A stretch of DNA of 64,000 nucleotides, from NCBI GenBank assembly GCA_963767735.1, contig CAVYES010000007.1, forward strand, positions 160,001 to 224,000, written 5' to 3'. The notes beneath the pieces were generated by a model. The model had not been told where the DNA came from. It saw only the letters and a program-made list of their open reading frames with translations, and ran no database searches. Origin of the DNA: Candidatus Bathyarchaeota archaeon (GTDB lineage Archaea > Thermoproteota > Bathyarchaeia > Bathyarchaeales > Bathycorpusculaceae). The stretch's first letter is position 1. Every line of letters starts with the position of its first letter. The position numbers were made by a program, and so were the translations under genes. Positions 19,271 through 32,668 of the stretch are shown in pieces.

Positions 19271-19486
19271 CTATGGCAAAAGGGCAAACTCTCCGCTCTT
19301 TTTCACACATTGGTTTACCTCCGGTTCTCTGCTAAAAACTGGCTGTAAAGTTATTTTGCCGTTAACTTCTAAAGCAATTGCCACTATCTTTTTGCCAGCT
19401 TCTTGCTCCGCGTTCTTTATCCAGCTTTTAGGTAGCGTTATGCTTTTGCTGTGTCCTACTTCCATGAGTTTTCTTATTATGGGCAT
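19271..19486 (-). CDS. AbrB/MazE-like DNA-binding protein
   Basis: RKLMEVGHSKSITLPKSW. Confidence 0.75.
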   Translation of the reverse strand: MPIIRKLMEVGHSKSITLPKSWIKNAEQEAGKKIVAIALEVNGKITLQPVFSREPEVNQCVKKSGEFALLP

Positions 19487-19561
19487 TTTATTTCACAGTA
19501 TAGACTATGTTACAACAAGGTATATAAGCAATGATTGGCATAATAAGCGTGGTAATGCCCA

Positions 19562-20344
19562 TTGTCAAGGACAAAAACGTTAATCAAACCCGAAATTAAA
19601 GTCGAGAGAGCCTTTGTTAAAAATGCAAATTTAAAACAGTATAAAATGCCCAATGAAACGGGCCTTAGCTACCGTACTGTCCTTAGAACACTCAAGCCTC
19701 TGGAAAGCCGAGGGTTCATTAAGTTAGTAAAGATTGAGCCTTCAAGTAAAGGTGGAAAAGAAAACAAAATCTATGCCTTAACGTTAAAAGGGGTCTTTTT
19801 TTGCCTGAATTCTTTTACACCTGAACAATGCGATTTTGAAGTCAATGGAGGATTTCATTACTCGCTTGATAAAGCAAACGAGGTCATTAAAAGCAAAATT
19901 AAGCCTTACAACTTAAATGATATAATCAACTTCTTAAAAGTCTCAGGCACAGATTTGGATTTTCCAATTTTCAGGGAGATACATTGGCTTCATGAGCATT
20001 TTAGGGAAGACATTTTTCGAGCAATTATGAACGCTGCGAGCCAAGCAATAGCCCGCGACAAACTGCCTAATGTAGACGGCGTGAGAAATATTATGATAAA
20101 TCAAGAAAACAAGAGTCCCGAAGAAACTGAAGTAACCATAAAAGAATTCTTAAATATAGAAACCCTAACATTACGCGATATTTTCACTGAGGCTTTCGCT
20201 TTTCAGCTCTCATTCTTGCAAGGAAAAGGCGACCTTCACAACGAAAGTATCCAGCGCATTTTCGCTAAAGTTGCAGCTGAAATTGAGCAAAGAAACCAAA
20301 GCACACTTTATCCTCTGAAACAACTGGTTGAAACACTAAAGTAG
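19562..20344 (+). CDS. wHTH transcriptional regulator (repressor-like)
   Basis: ETGLSYRTVLRTLKPLESRGFI...IYALTLKG; divergent from the AbrB-primase-integrase unit. Confidence 0.75.
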   Translation: MSRTKTLIKPEIKVERAFVKNANLKQYKMPNETGLSYRTVLRTLKPLESRGFIKLVKIEPSSKGGKENKIYALTLKGVFFCLNSFTPEQCDFEVNGGFHYSLDKANEVIKSKIKPYNLNDIINFLKVSGTDLDFPIFREIHWLHEHFREDIFRAIMNAASQAIARDKLPNVDGVRNIMINQENKSPEETEVTIKEFLNIETLTLRDIFTEAFAFQLSFLQGKGDLHNESIQRIFAKVAAEIEQRNQSTLYPLKQLVETLK

Positions 20345-20416
20345 ACAGCAAATAACCTTGCATTTCTTTTTAATGGATAACTTGAAAAAAGATGCTGTTG
20401 CCGTCGATTATGGGTT

Positions 20417-20828
20417 TTATTGTTGTTTTTGGAGAGCTCGCAGTAATAGTTCATTTTGGCGTATTATAATTTTGTTTTGGTCTATCAGTGCTTTTAGGCC
20501 TGCACCTAATATCTGGTCTGTGCTGTTTCCTGAGAGTAAGGTGCCGAGGCGCATCCAACCTGTTCCTGCTTTCATGCATTGCGAGGTTCATCATATCTTC
20601 TTGCATGCGTTTTTTAATTTCCTCTTCTGTCATTTCGTCAGTTACAAGCAGTTGAACTGAGCCTTTTTCTAGTTTTTCAGCTATTTTTGCACGGTTCTTT
20701 TTTGCTGTTTTGAGGTCTCCTGCTTCTCGGATTCCGAAGGGTTTAGCGTCTGTTCCGCATTCAGGACATTTTTCGCCTTCCTTGATTGGTTTGTCATAGA
20801 CGCAGTCTCGGTTCGGGCAATAGTTCAT
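20417..20828 (-). CDS. Zn-ribbon hypothetical protein, frameshifted near 20575
   Basis: CPNRDC...CPEC; continues in another frame as AGTGWMRLGTLLSG...NELLLRALQKQQ*; SD GGAGGTGA. Confidence 0.6.
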
Positions 20829-20997
20829 TTGGTTAAATAATGGCGTGTTATCACCTCCTATCTACTCAGAGAACTGACAGTTTCCAGTTTTCCTTTTTTT
20901 TCTTATTTCTTTTTCTGTATTCTGGGTCTGGAGGCTCTTCTCGACTACTTTGCATGGTTAACTCAATAAAAGATTAGAAAATCATAGTTTTTTCTGC

Positions 20998-21849
20998 TCA
21001 GCTTTTGCTCCTCTTTCGCTTTCTAGCCGTAAGCACGACAACGATAATAATTGAAATCGCCATGAATAACGACAAAACTGCCAATGAAGGAAATTCTGGA
21101 GTTGTAGGTGTTGCTGTCGGTGTCGAGCTCGTTACTGTTGGAGTTGCAGATGGCAAACTCGCTGAAATTAATGCGTAATCGCTTGATTGTGCGGTTAAAG
21201 AATAACTTGTGATCAAGGGTATTTGACTTGAATCAGTGACGATAATTTCAAAGGGTGATGTACCACCAGGGGAAATGTCTTGGGGATTAGCAAACGTTAA
21301 TCCGGTGTCAACAACCATTCCACTTGAATCATAGCAAGTTGCGAAAATTTCTGTGGCACTTGAGGTTGCTGACCCTGTGTTTTGGATTTGTCCAACGATA
21401 TGAACATCTCCAATAGAATCAGTATAGGAGCTATTAGAGGTAATTTCTAAGCCTTGAGTAATGGAACCGTTTGTTGTAGACGTAACCTGAAGTTTATTGG
21501 TGCTAAATTGAGGTACTAAAGTTGAAGTTGTCTCTATAATGTCAAATGGTGATTTAGCGCCAGGTTGCATATAACTCAATGAAGCGAAAGAAAACTGCGT
21601 ATCGACAACTTGGTTGTTAGTATTATAATAAGTCGCGGTTATCTGCACGTAATCAACCGTGTTGGAACCGGTATTTTGCACTTCGCCTACTATGTGATAA
21701 TCGCCTATAGAATCGGTAAAGCCACTGCTTGATATTACCGTAACGCTATCAGCCTTAACTGAATTCAAGCTTGAAATACAAATAACAGACATTAAGAGCG
21801 TTAATGAAATTAAAATAAGTAGTATTTTGTTGTTCATTTTATTTTCCAT
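20998..21849 (-). CDS. Surface protein with two FxLYD-like domains and a PEF-CTERM-type anchor
   Basis: Signal peptide; repeated HIVGE/QxQNTGS...ATxYD/N...PG..SPF; Thr/Pro linker; PEF-TM-basic tail. Confidence 0.8.
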   Translation of the reverse strand: MENKMNNKILLILISLTLLMSVICISSLNSVKADSVTVISSSGFTDSIGDYHIVGEVQNTGSNTVDYVQITATYYNTNNQVVDTQFSFASLSYMQPGAKSPFDIIETTSTLVPQFSTNKLQVTSTTNGSITQGLEITSNSSYTDSIGDVHIVGQIQNTGSATSSATEIFATCYDSSGMVVDTGLTFANPQDISPGGTSPFEIIVTDSSQIPLITSYSLTAQSSDYALISASLPSATPTVTSSTPTATPTTPEFPSLAVLSLFMAISIIIVVVLTARKRKRSKS

Positions 21850-21976
21850 CTCCGACTGCTCATCGCTTAGTAGGTTAGTTTTATTTTTAAATTTTGTGCT
21901 ACCCTAAAGGTATACCCTAATAGTGCTCGAAAAAACACTTGTCTAACTTGCGGTGCTACCAAATTAGGTTCACAGC

Positions 21977-22165
21977 ATGATTGAATCATACGGCAAACTG
22001 ACTAATCGCCCAACGCAAACAGGCGGAAAAATGTATGATAAGTTCTTCATTTATGTTCCAATAGAGGTGGCAAGGGATAGCGCATTTCCATTCAAAGCTA
22101 ACGAAAGAGTTAAAGTAAAAATTGATGTGGAAAATAAGAGGTTAATTATAGAAACAATAGTTTAA
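21977..22165 (+). CDS. AbrB-like small DNA-binding protein
   Basis: FIYVPIEVARDSAFPFKANERVKVKID. Confidence 0.65.
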   Translation: MIESYGKLTNRPTQTGGKMYDKFFIYVPIEVARDSAFPFKANERVKVKIDVENKRLIIETIV

Positions 22166-22198
22166 CAGATTACTTCTTTTTCTCACAAAAGGCATGAA

Positions 22199-23310
22199 TT
22201 AGACAGTTAGTGTAATTTTCGCAAAATTTGATTGATTCGGACGATACCGCAACGATACAGAGAGTCTTTTACGGCTCAGACTGTCTCTCATTCCGTTGTT
22301 TATTTTTGTATCGCCCTTTCCTTGCTTGCATGACCAAACCTAGTCACCTTCCACGTTGGGGCTACCCCCTGGGTAATCCCCCGAATAATCTGGGGGTTAC
22401 GTTCAGAATATAGAATGGCATCTTTGTCTGTGAAACATAGAGTTCAGCTATAAAGCTTAAGAGGCGTCTGCCAATGCCTATGCCCTGGTAATCTGGTAGG
22501 ACGACCGATGGGCTAACCCCTGTTGCATACCTGATTTCATTTTGATATGCACAACAGCGATAAACGCCACAGGCTTACCCTGATAGATTGCTGCATAGCA
22601 TCGGACGCCTGCTCCGAGCTTGCCGTTCATAATGAAACTGCGAAACATCTTCCATAATTGAGCGCCGCACCGATAAACTTTGAGTTCAATGGGCGGCCGG
22701 CTACATTTTGCGGATTAAACTCCATCGTGTCAGTGCAGAAAACACAATCAGGATCAAGCCAATCGACCACATCGTAGTGACAGGTTACGGCAATGAATTT
22801 CTTTTTTGATCGTCGAACCGCCTTGCTGATGGCAAAAGCACTGACCTTAGCAATCTTGCCGATAGACAACGCTTGTGAACTCATCGAATACTGCTAAGGG
22901 TTTATCTAAGCAAAGTGCGCGGGCGATGTCAACCCTCATTTTTTCCCCTTGACTTAAGCAGTCATAACTTTTTAGCCAGTCCGGTGGTGAGGCGAAACCA
23001 ACGCTGCCGAGCATTCCGGTAATCTCTGAGGTTTCAAGCCCTTCTGGAAAGTCATCCAAGACACATTTGCTTTTGTACTGGAAACCTAGGGAATTATATC
23101 AGGCCTCAGGGAAAATCTGTTTAGCAATACTTGTCTTGCCGGAGCCACTGCGCCCAACTATAACTCCGATTTGCCAATCAAAGTCCTAAGAGGCAAGGAA
23201 CCCTTAAACCGCTTTTCAAGCTTAACATCATTTAGAGTGTAGCTGCCAACGACGTTTTGAGCCCTAAAGCTATCGGCTTCTTCCCAATGTTTTACAATGT
23301 CAAAATCCGT
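22199..23310 (-). pseudogene. ABC-type ATPase fused to GNAT acetyltransferase, multiply frameshifted
   Basis: Pieces give GRSGSGKT, LSQGEKMR...VFDEFTS, VTCHYD and VLPDYQGIGIG. Confidence 0.8.
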
Positions 23311-23851
23311 AGCTTATACCCCTCCGCTTTCAGCTTATCAAAAACTTGTTTTTGGTGGGCTTCGTCTTTGCACTCGACGATTATCTCGTAGGTTTCAGGT
23401 ATAGTTAGCGGAGACTCTTTGTTGTCTAATTCCTGCGGCAGCTTTTCTCCAACTGATTCAAGAAGCGCCTTCAAATGAGTTTCTCGCCGGCTTGAAGTAT
23501 GCGGACATATTCCTCGTTGTCAAGTTCTGTATTGTGTTTGCCCTTAAGCTTGTTTAGAATCTGCCTAAGCATCCGCCTATCAACGTCACTAACTGGCAAA
23601 CGAAGAACTGGAGCAAAAAATTCGCCATGCCCAATGCAAATACTCTCGACGCTGTTCGCCATCAACGAGGACGCCGTCTTTATTGGTCAGTATTGGGTAG
23701 GTCCAGCCGTATTTTTGCAGGCTATGCCAAATCTGTTCTTGCTGCTTAATGGTTGTGCGGTTAGGGTTATTTTGGTCTGCAGTTAAAAGACGGATGTCTT
23801 CTGACGGGGCACATAGGCTTCTGGGACTCTGATCGTCGTTTTCTTTTCCAT
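23292..23851 (-). pseudogene. ParB/Srx-like N-terminal domain protein, frameshifted
   Basis: Pieces give NNPN...SLQKYGWTYPILTNKDG..DGEQR...LNKLKG and C-terminal YEIIVECKDEAHQ. Confidence 0.7.
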
Positions 23852-23870
23852 TTTATACAGCTCATTTTTT

Positions 23871-24318
23871 TTAATTTTTCCGTAATTCCAGCTTGGATAA
23901 AGCCTCTATCATTTCCTCATTTTTTGCCAGTTCTTTTTCAATTTCTGCTGTTCTTTTCTCTTTGTCCTGTTTTTCCTTCAGCGTTTCCAAGCCAAGCGAA
24001 AGAGGCTCTTTACGATCTGTGACTTCTACCATTTTTGATAAGTACGCTGGTTTCTGGGGGTCGCCTGCTGTTTGGAAGTGAAAGCTTGCCATACGGTAGA
24101 GATATTCATAGCGGTTTAATAATGATAAACCGGGCTTTGTCTAAGTCAAAAAGTTGGGTTAGGACGGGTTGCCAACTGTCGCGATTTTCTGCGTCATAGT
24201 AGATATTTCTCTCTGAGGTGTGGTATTTTTCGCTCAGCAACTTCACTATCTCACAGAGAGTAAAGCCTTTAGCTTCGAGCTTTAGGAATTCTAAGCGTCT
24301 TTCAAGGATTTCGTTCAC
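23871..24318 (-). pseudogene. HTH protein (small-terminase-like position), split into two ORFs
   Basis: ERRLEFLKL..KG.TLCEIVKLLSEKY..SERNIYYD HTH; second piece begins 14 bp downstream. Confidence 0.5.
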
Positions 24319-24518
24319 TCAAAACCCTCAAAAATTGAAATGTGGATTTCATTTTCACTGTAGTTTGTGGTTCGTTTTAGCAGGTCACCTTCCAGCTTGA
24401 TTTCTCGGCGCCTCTGCTCCGACAGGAAGTAGTAGGGTTCCTCGAAGATTGGTTGATGGTATTTTCTGCAGATTTTGAAGCAGGCTTCTACTATCTCAAA
24501 GATGTCACTATCATCCAA
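24315..24518 (-). CDS. Hypothetical protein
   Basis: 67-aa ORF overlapping the next start. Confidence 0.45.
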   Translation of the reverse strand: MDDSDIFEIVEACFKICRKYHQPIFEEPYYFLSEQRRREIKLEGDLLKRTTNYSENEIHISIFEGFE

Positions 24519-24527
24519 ATCGTTGCT

Positions 24528-24761
24528 CTAAAAGCATCTATGTTTGGAGCCGCTACTCCAGTTCCAAGTTACATGCCAATAGAGGCGCAAACAAATTTTC
24601 TCATATTCCGTAGCTTGAGCCTGCAGAACCATATGCACTTTATCATAAATAGTCTTCATCTGCAGAAGCGCCTTATAGAAAACTTTGCTTTCAGGATCTT
24701 CCCGCGCTTTAGCGATGTTAATTTGAAAAAGCGCCTCACCTGATTCTTGAGTGCACGTCAT
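24528..24761 (-). CDS. Hypothetical protein (probably a frameshifted fragment)
   Basis: Co-oriented 77-aa ORF; coding-like sequence continues toward 24850. Confidence 0.35.
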   Translation of the reverse strand: MTCTQESGEALFQINIAKAREDPESKVFYKALLQMKTIYDKVHMVLQAQATEYEKICLRLYWHVTWNWSSGSKHRCF

Positions 24762-24928
24762 GCCCTAACATCAATGTATCTTGCTGTGCCAGCGGATATT
24801 TTTCTAGCAGATACTTGCGAGTGGTCAAATAAGTTAGCAGGATTTCCCATTCTCTACCAGACATCAACGATAAATCATTACCTAGCTGGATCTAAAGCTT
24901 CGGGGAATAACTGCTTAAGCGTACAGTT

Positions 24929-27544
<2,616 letters not shown>

Positions 27545-27714
27545 TCAGCGTTTTGCCCTAAATGGCTTTCGTGACAGGACCAGGAATAATCGCAGAAAGG
27601 TCCTTTTCAATCTGCTCGTTTCCTTCTGCCGGCAAAAGCAAAAAATGCATAATCAACTTCAACTATTTAAGATTCTATACCTTTCAAAGATCTCCGTTCA
27701 ATTAGCAAAGACGA

Positions 27715-28473
27715 TTAAGTTGGCATACATAAGAAGTAAAGCCAAGAATCCTTCGCATCGATTAAGTTTGCAGGCATGATTTCTTTGCCTTGCAGACCAA
27801 AGACGCGGATATTTTCAAAGCCCAAAGTCTTTAAATGCTTGACGTGTTCTTCTGGCTTGATATAATGCGTTATCAACCTTAAGTTCAGAGCGTCATCGTT
27901 TAAAAGTAAGTATGGCACTTCTTCTATGTTCTTTTTCAAGTGTTTGTTTATGGAGCGAAATCGATAGAGACGACGCAGTTCATGTGGCACGCGTGCGAGA
28001 CCTATCAAATTTTTAGGGAAATTGAACTTGAACAGTTCAGGAGCACAATTAAGGTTATGCGTTGACATGCAGACATATCCCCATCTTGTGGTGACACGGT
28101 GTATTTCTTTTAAGGCTAATACTCGGTCTTTGTGGCTCATGTAGTCTAAACCGTTAAAACTGAACAAACTGAAGTCAAAACGCCCATCTTTAAACATGGA
28201 GAGGTTTCTTGCGTCAGCCACTTCGAATTGAAACTCTGGAAATTTCTTTCTGCAAGTCTTTATCATGTTGACTGCATAATCTATCCCTATATAGTCCTTG
28301 GTTAGAGTAGCAAAATGTTGTGTGGTGCGGCCTCCCCCACAGCCTATGTCAAGCATGCTCATCTGGGATAGTCTGTTTCTTAACAGGTTTAGAATCGTTT
28401 GTTCTGGTGGCTGCAAGGCATTTAGTTGAGCGTAATATTCAACTATGGCTGATGACTCGTAAGTGCTTCTCAA
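27715..28473 (-). CDS. Class I SAM-dependent methyltransferase
   Basis: MLDIGCGGGRT, GIDYA, VADARNL and FDF..FSFNGLDY motifs. Confidence 0.9.
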   Translation of the reverse strand: MRSTYESSAIVEYYAQLNALQPPEQTILNLLRNRLSQMSMLDIGCGGGRTTQHFATLTKDYIGIDYAVNMIKTCRKKFPEFQFEVADARNLSMFKDGRFDFSLFSFNGLDYMSHKDRVLALKEIHRVTTRWGYVCMSTHNLNCAPELFKFNFPKNLIGLARVPHELRRLYRFRSINKHLKKNIEEVPYLLLNDDALNLRLITHYIKPEEHVKHLKTLGFENIRVFGLQGKEIMPANLIDAKDSWLYFLCMPT

Positions 28474-28917
28474 AATTCACTTATATCTGCCGAATTTTTC
28501 TTGTTTCGCGGTTGTGTCGGCATGAGGGGTACAACTCATGAATCATCTATAGCTTATTTGTTGGTCAAACGGATAAGAACTTTGTGCGTAGCGGGTTATG
28601 AATCGCTTGAAAGCGCTTTCTACGGTCTTAAGTAAGAAATTCAAGCTAAAAACTATTTTTATTGATTTGCCAACCGGTTTATAGCGAATGGTCGCTCTAA
28701 TTTGTACTCAATCAGGAGTACTTTTCTTACTTCATGAAAATCCATAGCGACAATTTTTGGTTGCTGGAATATCTGACCAAACGACATTTTTCAAGACCTT
28801 AGAAGTACACAAAGTTAAGCTCGAAACTACATAATCTCCTTAATTGCCGCAGCATTTGAGACCGCTGAAGATTCATTATTTGTTTCTTGCTCAAACATAC
28901 CATCAAACCCTTGAAAA

Positions 28918-30422
28918 TTATGTGGAAGGAGTAACAGTTGCACCGGAATTACTCCTTTGAACAGCCTTTTTTATGTCATCAATCATAGGTTTGTAGCGTT
29001 CAGAATCCATTGTTTCATGAGACAACTCCTTCGCAGCCGAGATATACCAGTCTTTTAACGTACCTTTTCCAAGAACAGGGTCAGCCAAGACAGCCTTAAA
29101 ATCATTCATACACAGTGAACTTTCAATGCCTGTTTGATTTTCTCTGAGAATTGGCTGCATCTTAGCCTCTTCAACCATAGCTTCTATGTCAGCTGCAGAA
29201 CATCCTTCAGTATCTTTAGCTAACCTATCAAAATCCAAATTCTCTGCTGCACAGCTTCCAACATAATACTGGAACAATTCCTTTCTAGCCGAGCATGAGG
29301 GAGCTGGAATGTAGATGCATTCACCTATTCTGCCGCTACGCTTTAGCGCTGGATCAATTCCCCAAGGCCTATTTGAAGCAGCGATAATGAATAAACCCTC
29401 AGGATTTTTCTCTACCCCATCAATCTCCATAAGCAGTTGATTGAGAGCATCCCGATGAGAACCGTGGCTTTCGCGAGCTACTAAACGCCTGTTGACTCCT
29501 ATGGCGTCGACTTCATCAAGAAAAATAATAGTTGGGATATGCTCTTTCTTTATCATTGCTCTGGCATCGGCAAAAAGCCTATGTATATTCTTCTCGGTTT
29601 CTCCGACGTAGCAGTCCATTAGTTCGTGAAGTTTTGCAGTGATAAGTTTGGAACCTGTTTCGCCAGCCAAAGCCCTAACCAACAATGTTTTTCCGCAGCC
29701 TGGTGGACCATAAAGAAGAATTGCGAAACCACGCTTTTTCTTGTATTTAGCAAACAAATCAGGTCTCTTCATTGGAAGCACCACATTATTCCGCAACTTT
29801 TCTTTTACCTTTTCAAGCCCCTGAACATCAGAAAGCTTGATTACATCTTTCGCTCTTTTCACTTTTTTCCGCAAGTTTGGTTTCTGTGGACTTGTCTGAG
29901 CAAATCATTGAAGTGATGGCTTTGTCAATTGCTGAAAAATCATTTTCAAGCTGTTCATATTCTTCCTCTGTTATCAAATTATCAAAGGATTTTTGAAGGG
30001 TTTTTCCAAGGTCTTGAAAGTCGGATATGGCCTCAAAGAACTCGTAGCTCTCAGGGATGGCTTGAAGAATTGCAGTTTCTTTTGGCTCTTGATTTTTTGC
30101 TTCTAAGAATGTTTTGTTTGTAGAAGTGGGCTTCTTTAAGAAAGCGTTGCAGCAGAACGGAGCTTAAATCGCTAAGAGAGCTTTCCATGTTTTTGAGATG
30201 CCCCTTAGTTAATCCTCGTTTGTACAATGCGTTCTCGTTTGAGGGATCCAGTCTTAAGCATTCACTGTAAGCCACCAACGCTTCTTCCCAAAGATGTGAC
30301 TCAAAGAGTTTCTCCGCCCAGGCACAGTATCCTTGTACCGTGGGAATAGGAAGTGAAAGGCAGACCTTATTCTGGGGTGACGGTAACATAAGCAAAGATT
30401 TGTTTATGGATGGTTCAGACAA
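28918..30422 (-). CDS. TPR + AAA+ ATPase (CDC48/Vps4-like clade), probably one gene broken by indels
   Basis: TPR piece (EALVAYSECLRLDPSNENALYKRG), linker readable in shifting frames, AAA with GPPGCGKT, IIFLDEVD and SNRPWGIDPALKRSGR. Confidence 0.75.
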
Positions 30423-30733
30423 AGTTTCGCCTCTTTGCGCTCAAACAAACAATAGTCACCAAACGACTGGAAGTCCTCCGGTAGGGACTCTATCCTTCAC
30501 TTATTTGATTATTTAAAATTGATTACCTAAAAAATGCTCAATTAAAAAAATAAAAAAGCTAATTTTCACTTAACAATTGAAATAAAATATTGAAAAATTG
30601 CTTGCTTTTCAAAACTGATACATCTAATTTTCTGCGCTTTTTTATATGTAGCCAAAAGAATCGCTGGAGTAAAGTGAAAGGTAGCGCTTCGTCATAAACC
30701 TTATAATTACACGTTCGTTAAAGCTTTTAGATT

Positions 30734-31396
30734 ATGCAAACAGAGCAGCAGATACTATCTTCAACCGTAAAATACGTAAAGGCTAGAGTGCAGCAGGATA
30801 GCACTGGACATGATTGGTGGCACGTTTACAGAGTATGGAAAACTGCCTTAAAAATTGCAAAAGAAGAAAAAGATCCGAGTCTTGATCTTTTCATAATTCA
30901 ACTAGCGGCGTTGCTCCATGATGTCGATGATTGGAAGGCAAGACAACCAGGCGACAAAGAGGATACGAATACGCTTGCATGGCTGCTAAAGGCAGGGGCA
31001 GATAAAGACACTATAGAGAAAGTCTGTGGCATTGTAAGGAATGTTTCATTTAAGGGCGCTGACGTCACGGATGCAATGACGAGCAAGGAAGGCAAGATCG
31101 TACAGGATGCAGACAGACTTGATGCCATTGGAGCAATAGGCATAGCAAGAGCCTTCGCATACGGAGGACATAAGGGAAAAACCATTCACGATCCTGAAAT
31201 ACAGCCCAAACGTCACAAAACCTTTGCAGCTTACAGGGAATCGAATTCAACAACGATAAACCATTTTTACGAAAAGCTCTTGCTGATTAGAGAACGCATG
31301 AACACAGAGACAGGCAAAAGGATAGCAGAAGAAAGAGACAGTTATCTCCGAGCTTATCTGGAAAAATTCCTAAAAGAATGGGAATTAGAAGAATAG
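30734..31396 (+). CDS. HD-domain phosphohydrolase
   Basis: GHDWWH, LLHDVDD, QDADRLDAIGAIG and HFYEKLL motifs. Confidence 0.92.
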   Translation: MQTEQQILSSTVKYVKARVQQDSTGHDWWHVYRVWKTALKIAKEEKDPSLDLFIIQLAALLHDVDDWKARQPGDKEDTNTLAWLLKAGADKDTIEKVCGIVRNVSFKGADVTDAMTSKEGKIVQDADRLDAIGAIGIARAFAYGGHKGKTIHDPEIQPKRHKTFAAYRESNSTTINHFYEKLLLIRERMNTETGKRIAEERDSYLRAYLEKFLKEWELEE

Positions 31397-31553
31397 TCTA
31401 TGGAATATTCATAAAGGTACTTGGAAAAATAATCTTTAGATTCAAAAAAAAGCAGTGAAACCGCACAATGTAATCTTTTTATTTTGTGCGTGAATATGGG
31501 AATTTCCAGAAATGTCGATTTTGAGGCATTATTTTTTCATCGCGGAATTGTCC

Positions 31554-31575
31554 TGATCCGACGGGATTTGAACCC
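31554..31575 (-). other. Isolated tRNA 3'-end-like fragment (possible att scar)
   Basis: Minus strand GGGTTCAAATCCCGTCGGATCA: T-arm plus acceptor-like strand with no 5' half. Confidence 0.45.
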
Positions 31576-31650
31576 TAACTGCATAGACGTCTTTTGGCAT
31601 CAATCAGTTTACTTAACCACGAGTGCTTAGAAGAAAGCTCGTTTATCCGT

Positions 31651-31929
31651 TCAAACCTTTTTTAGCGGCATGTTTTCCGTAGCTTTTTTGCTTGTTGCGT
31701 TAACTGCTACTTCGAACTCAGCTAAGTCGGCAAGAACGCGATTAGTTAAACTATTAAATTTTTCGGGGTTACGTCTTTTGAATTGCTCAAAATGGTAGCG
31801 GTAGCGCATGAAAGCTTTCCAGCCATTAGGACTGTTAGTGTTGTTATCTAAGAGTAAACTTGGTAGTTTACGCTTAACCCTGTCAGCATTCACCAAAAAG
31901 AAAGACTCCTCAATGGTCGTAGAAAACAA
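31651..31929 (-). CDS. Hypothetical protein or fragment
   Basis: 92-aa ORF with protein-like C-terminal half. Confidence 0.4.
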   Translation of the reverse strand: MFSTTIEESFFLVNADRVKRKLPSLLLDNNTNSPNGWKAFMRYRYHFEQFKRRNPEKFNSLTNRVLADLAEFEVAVNATSKKATENMPLKKV

Positions 31930-32209
31930 AAAAGAGGAGAGGTTACGAGTGACGAGAAGAAAATCCCTGATTTCTCGGAAACTACCTCACCTCGGCCTAT
32001 TTCCCATGCTCTTCCGTAGTTTCGGCCACTTTTCGTTAATTCTGCATTAGTTACGAAGATATTGATATGATAAGTTAATTTACGAAAAACAAAAGAAGAA
32101 AAAAAGGGAAAAAGATGCGCGGAGAATGGTGACATCACCACTGAAAATGAGTGCGAAATAATACCTTAATTTTTTATTTATTGATTAAACAATGCAAAAG
32201 ATTGCAATC

Positions 32210-32470
32210 TTACAGTTTCTTGTAAACGACGTCCTTTTCTTTCGCGGGCTGAACCAATTTTAATCCTATGCTTTGTCCGCCTTCAGCTCGTTGAAGAGAT
32301 TTGCCCTCTGTTTGAATAGATTCTGCAATTTGCTCAAAATCAGTCGAAGGACCTTTTACTAGAATGTGATCTCCAACAGATAGGGGTAACATTAATTCAA
32401 CAATTGCCACGCTAATTTTAGAAAAGAAATGTATAACATGCCCAACCTCGATTATGGCGTCTTCCACCAA
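32210..32470 (-). CDS. Small translation-factor-like beta-barrel protein
   Basis: VGHVIHFFSKISVA...LSVGD.I...G..TDFEQ...SIQ...GQSIGLK. Confidence 0.8.
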   Translation of the reverse strand: MVEDAIIEVGHVIHFFSKISVAIVELMLPLSVGDHILVKGPSTDFEQIAESIQTEGKSLQRAEGGQSIGLKLVQPAKEKDVVYKKL

Positions 32471-32668
32471 AGTTTTTATCCTCTCTTTTAAATATAGCTG
32501 GATGCCAATAAAAATCTTATGTATTATAAAATAAATAGAACTAAATAGCTAAAATTTTGGTCTTTGATACGTTTTCATGTGGGTTTATGTTAAAAATGGA
32601 GTTAGTTTTTTTTAAGGGTAGAAAGGTGTTTTTTTGCTGAACGAGATAAAAAAAATCTGAGAATTATT

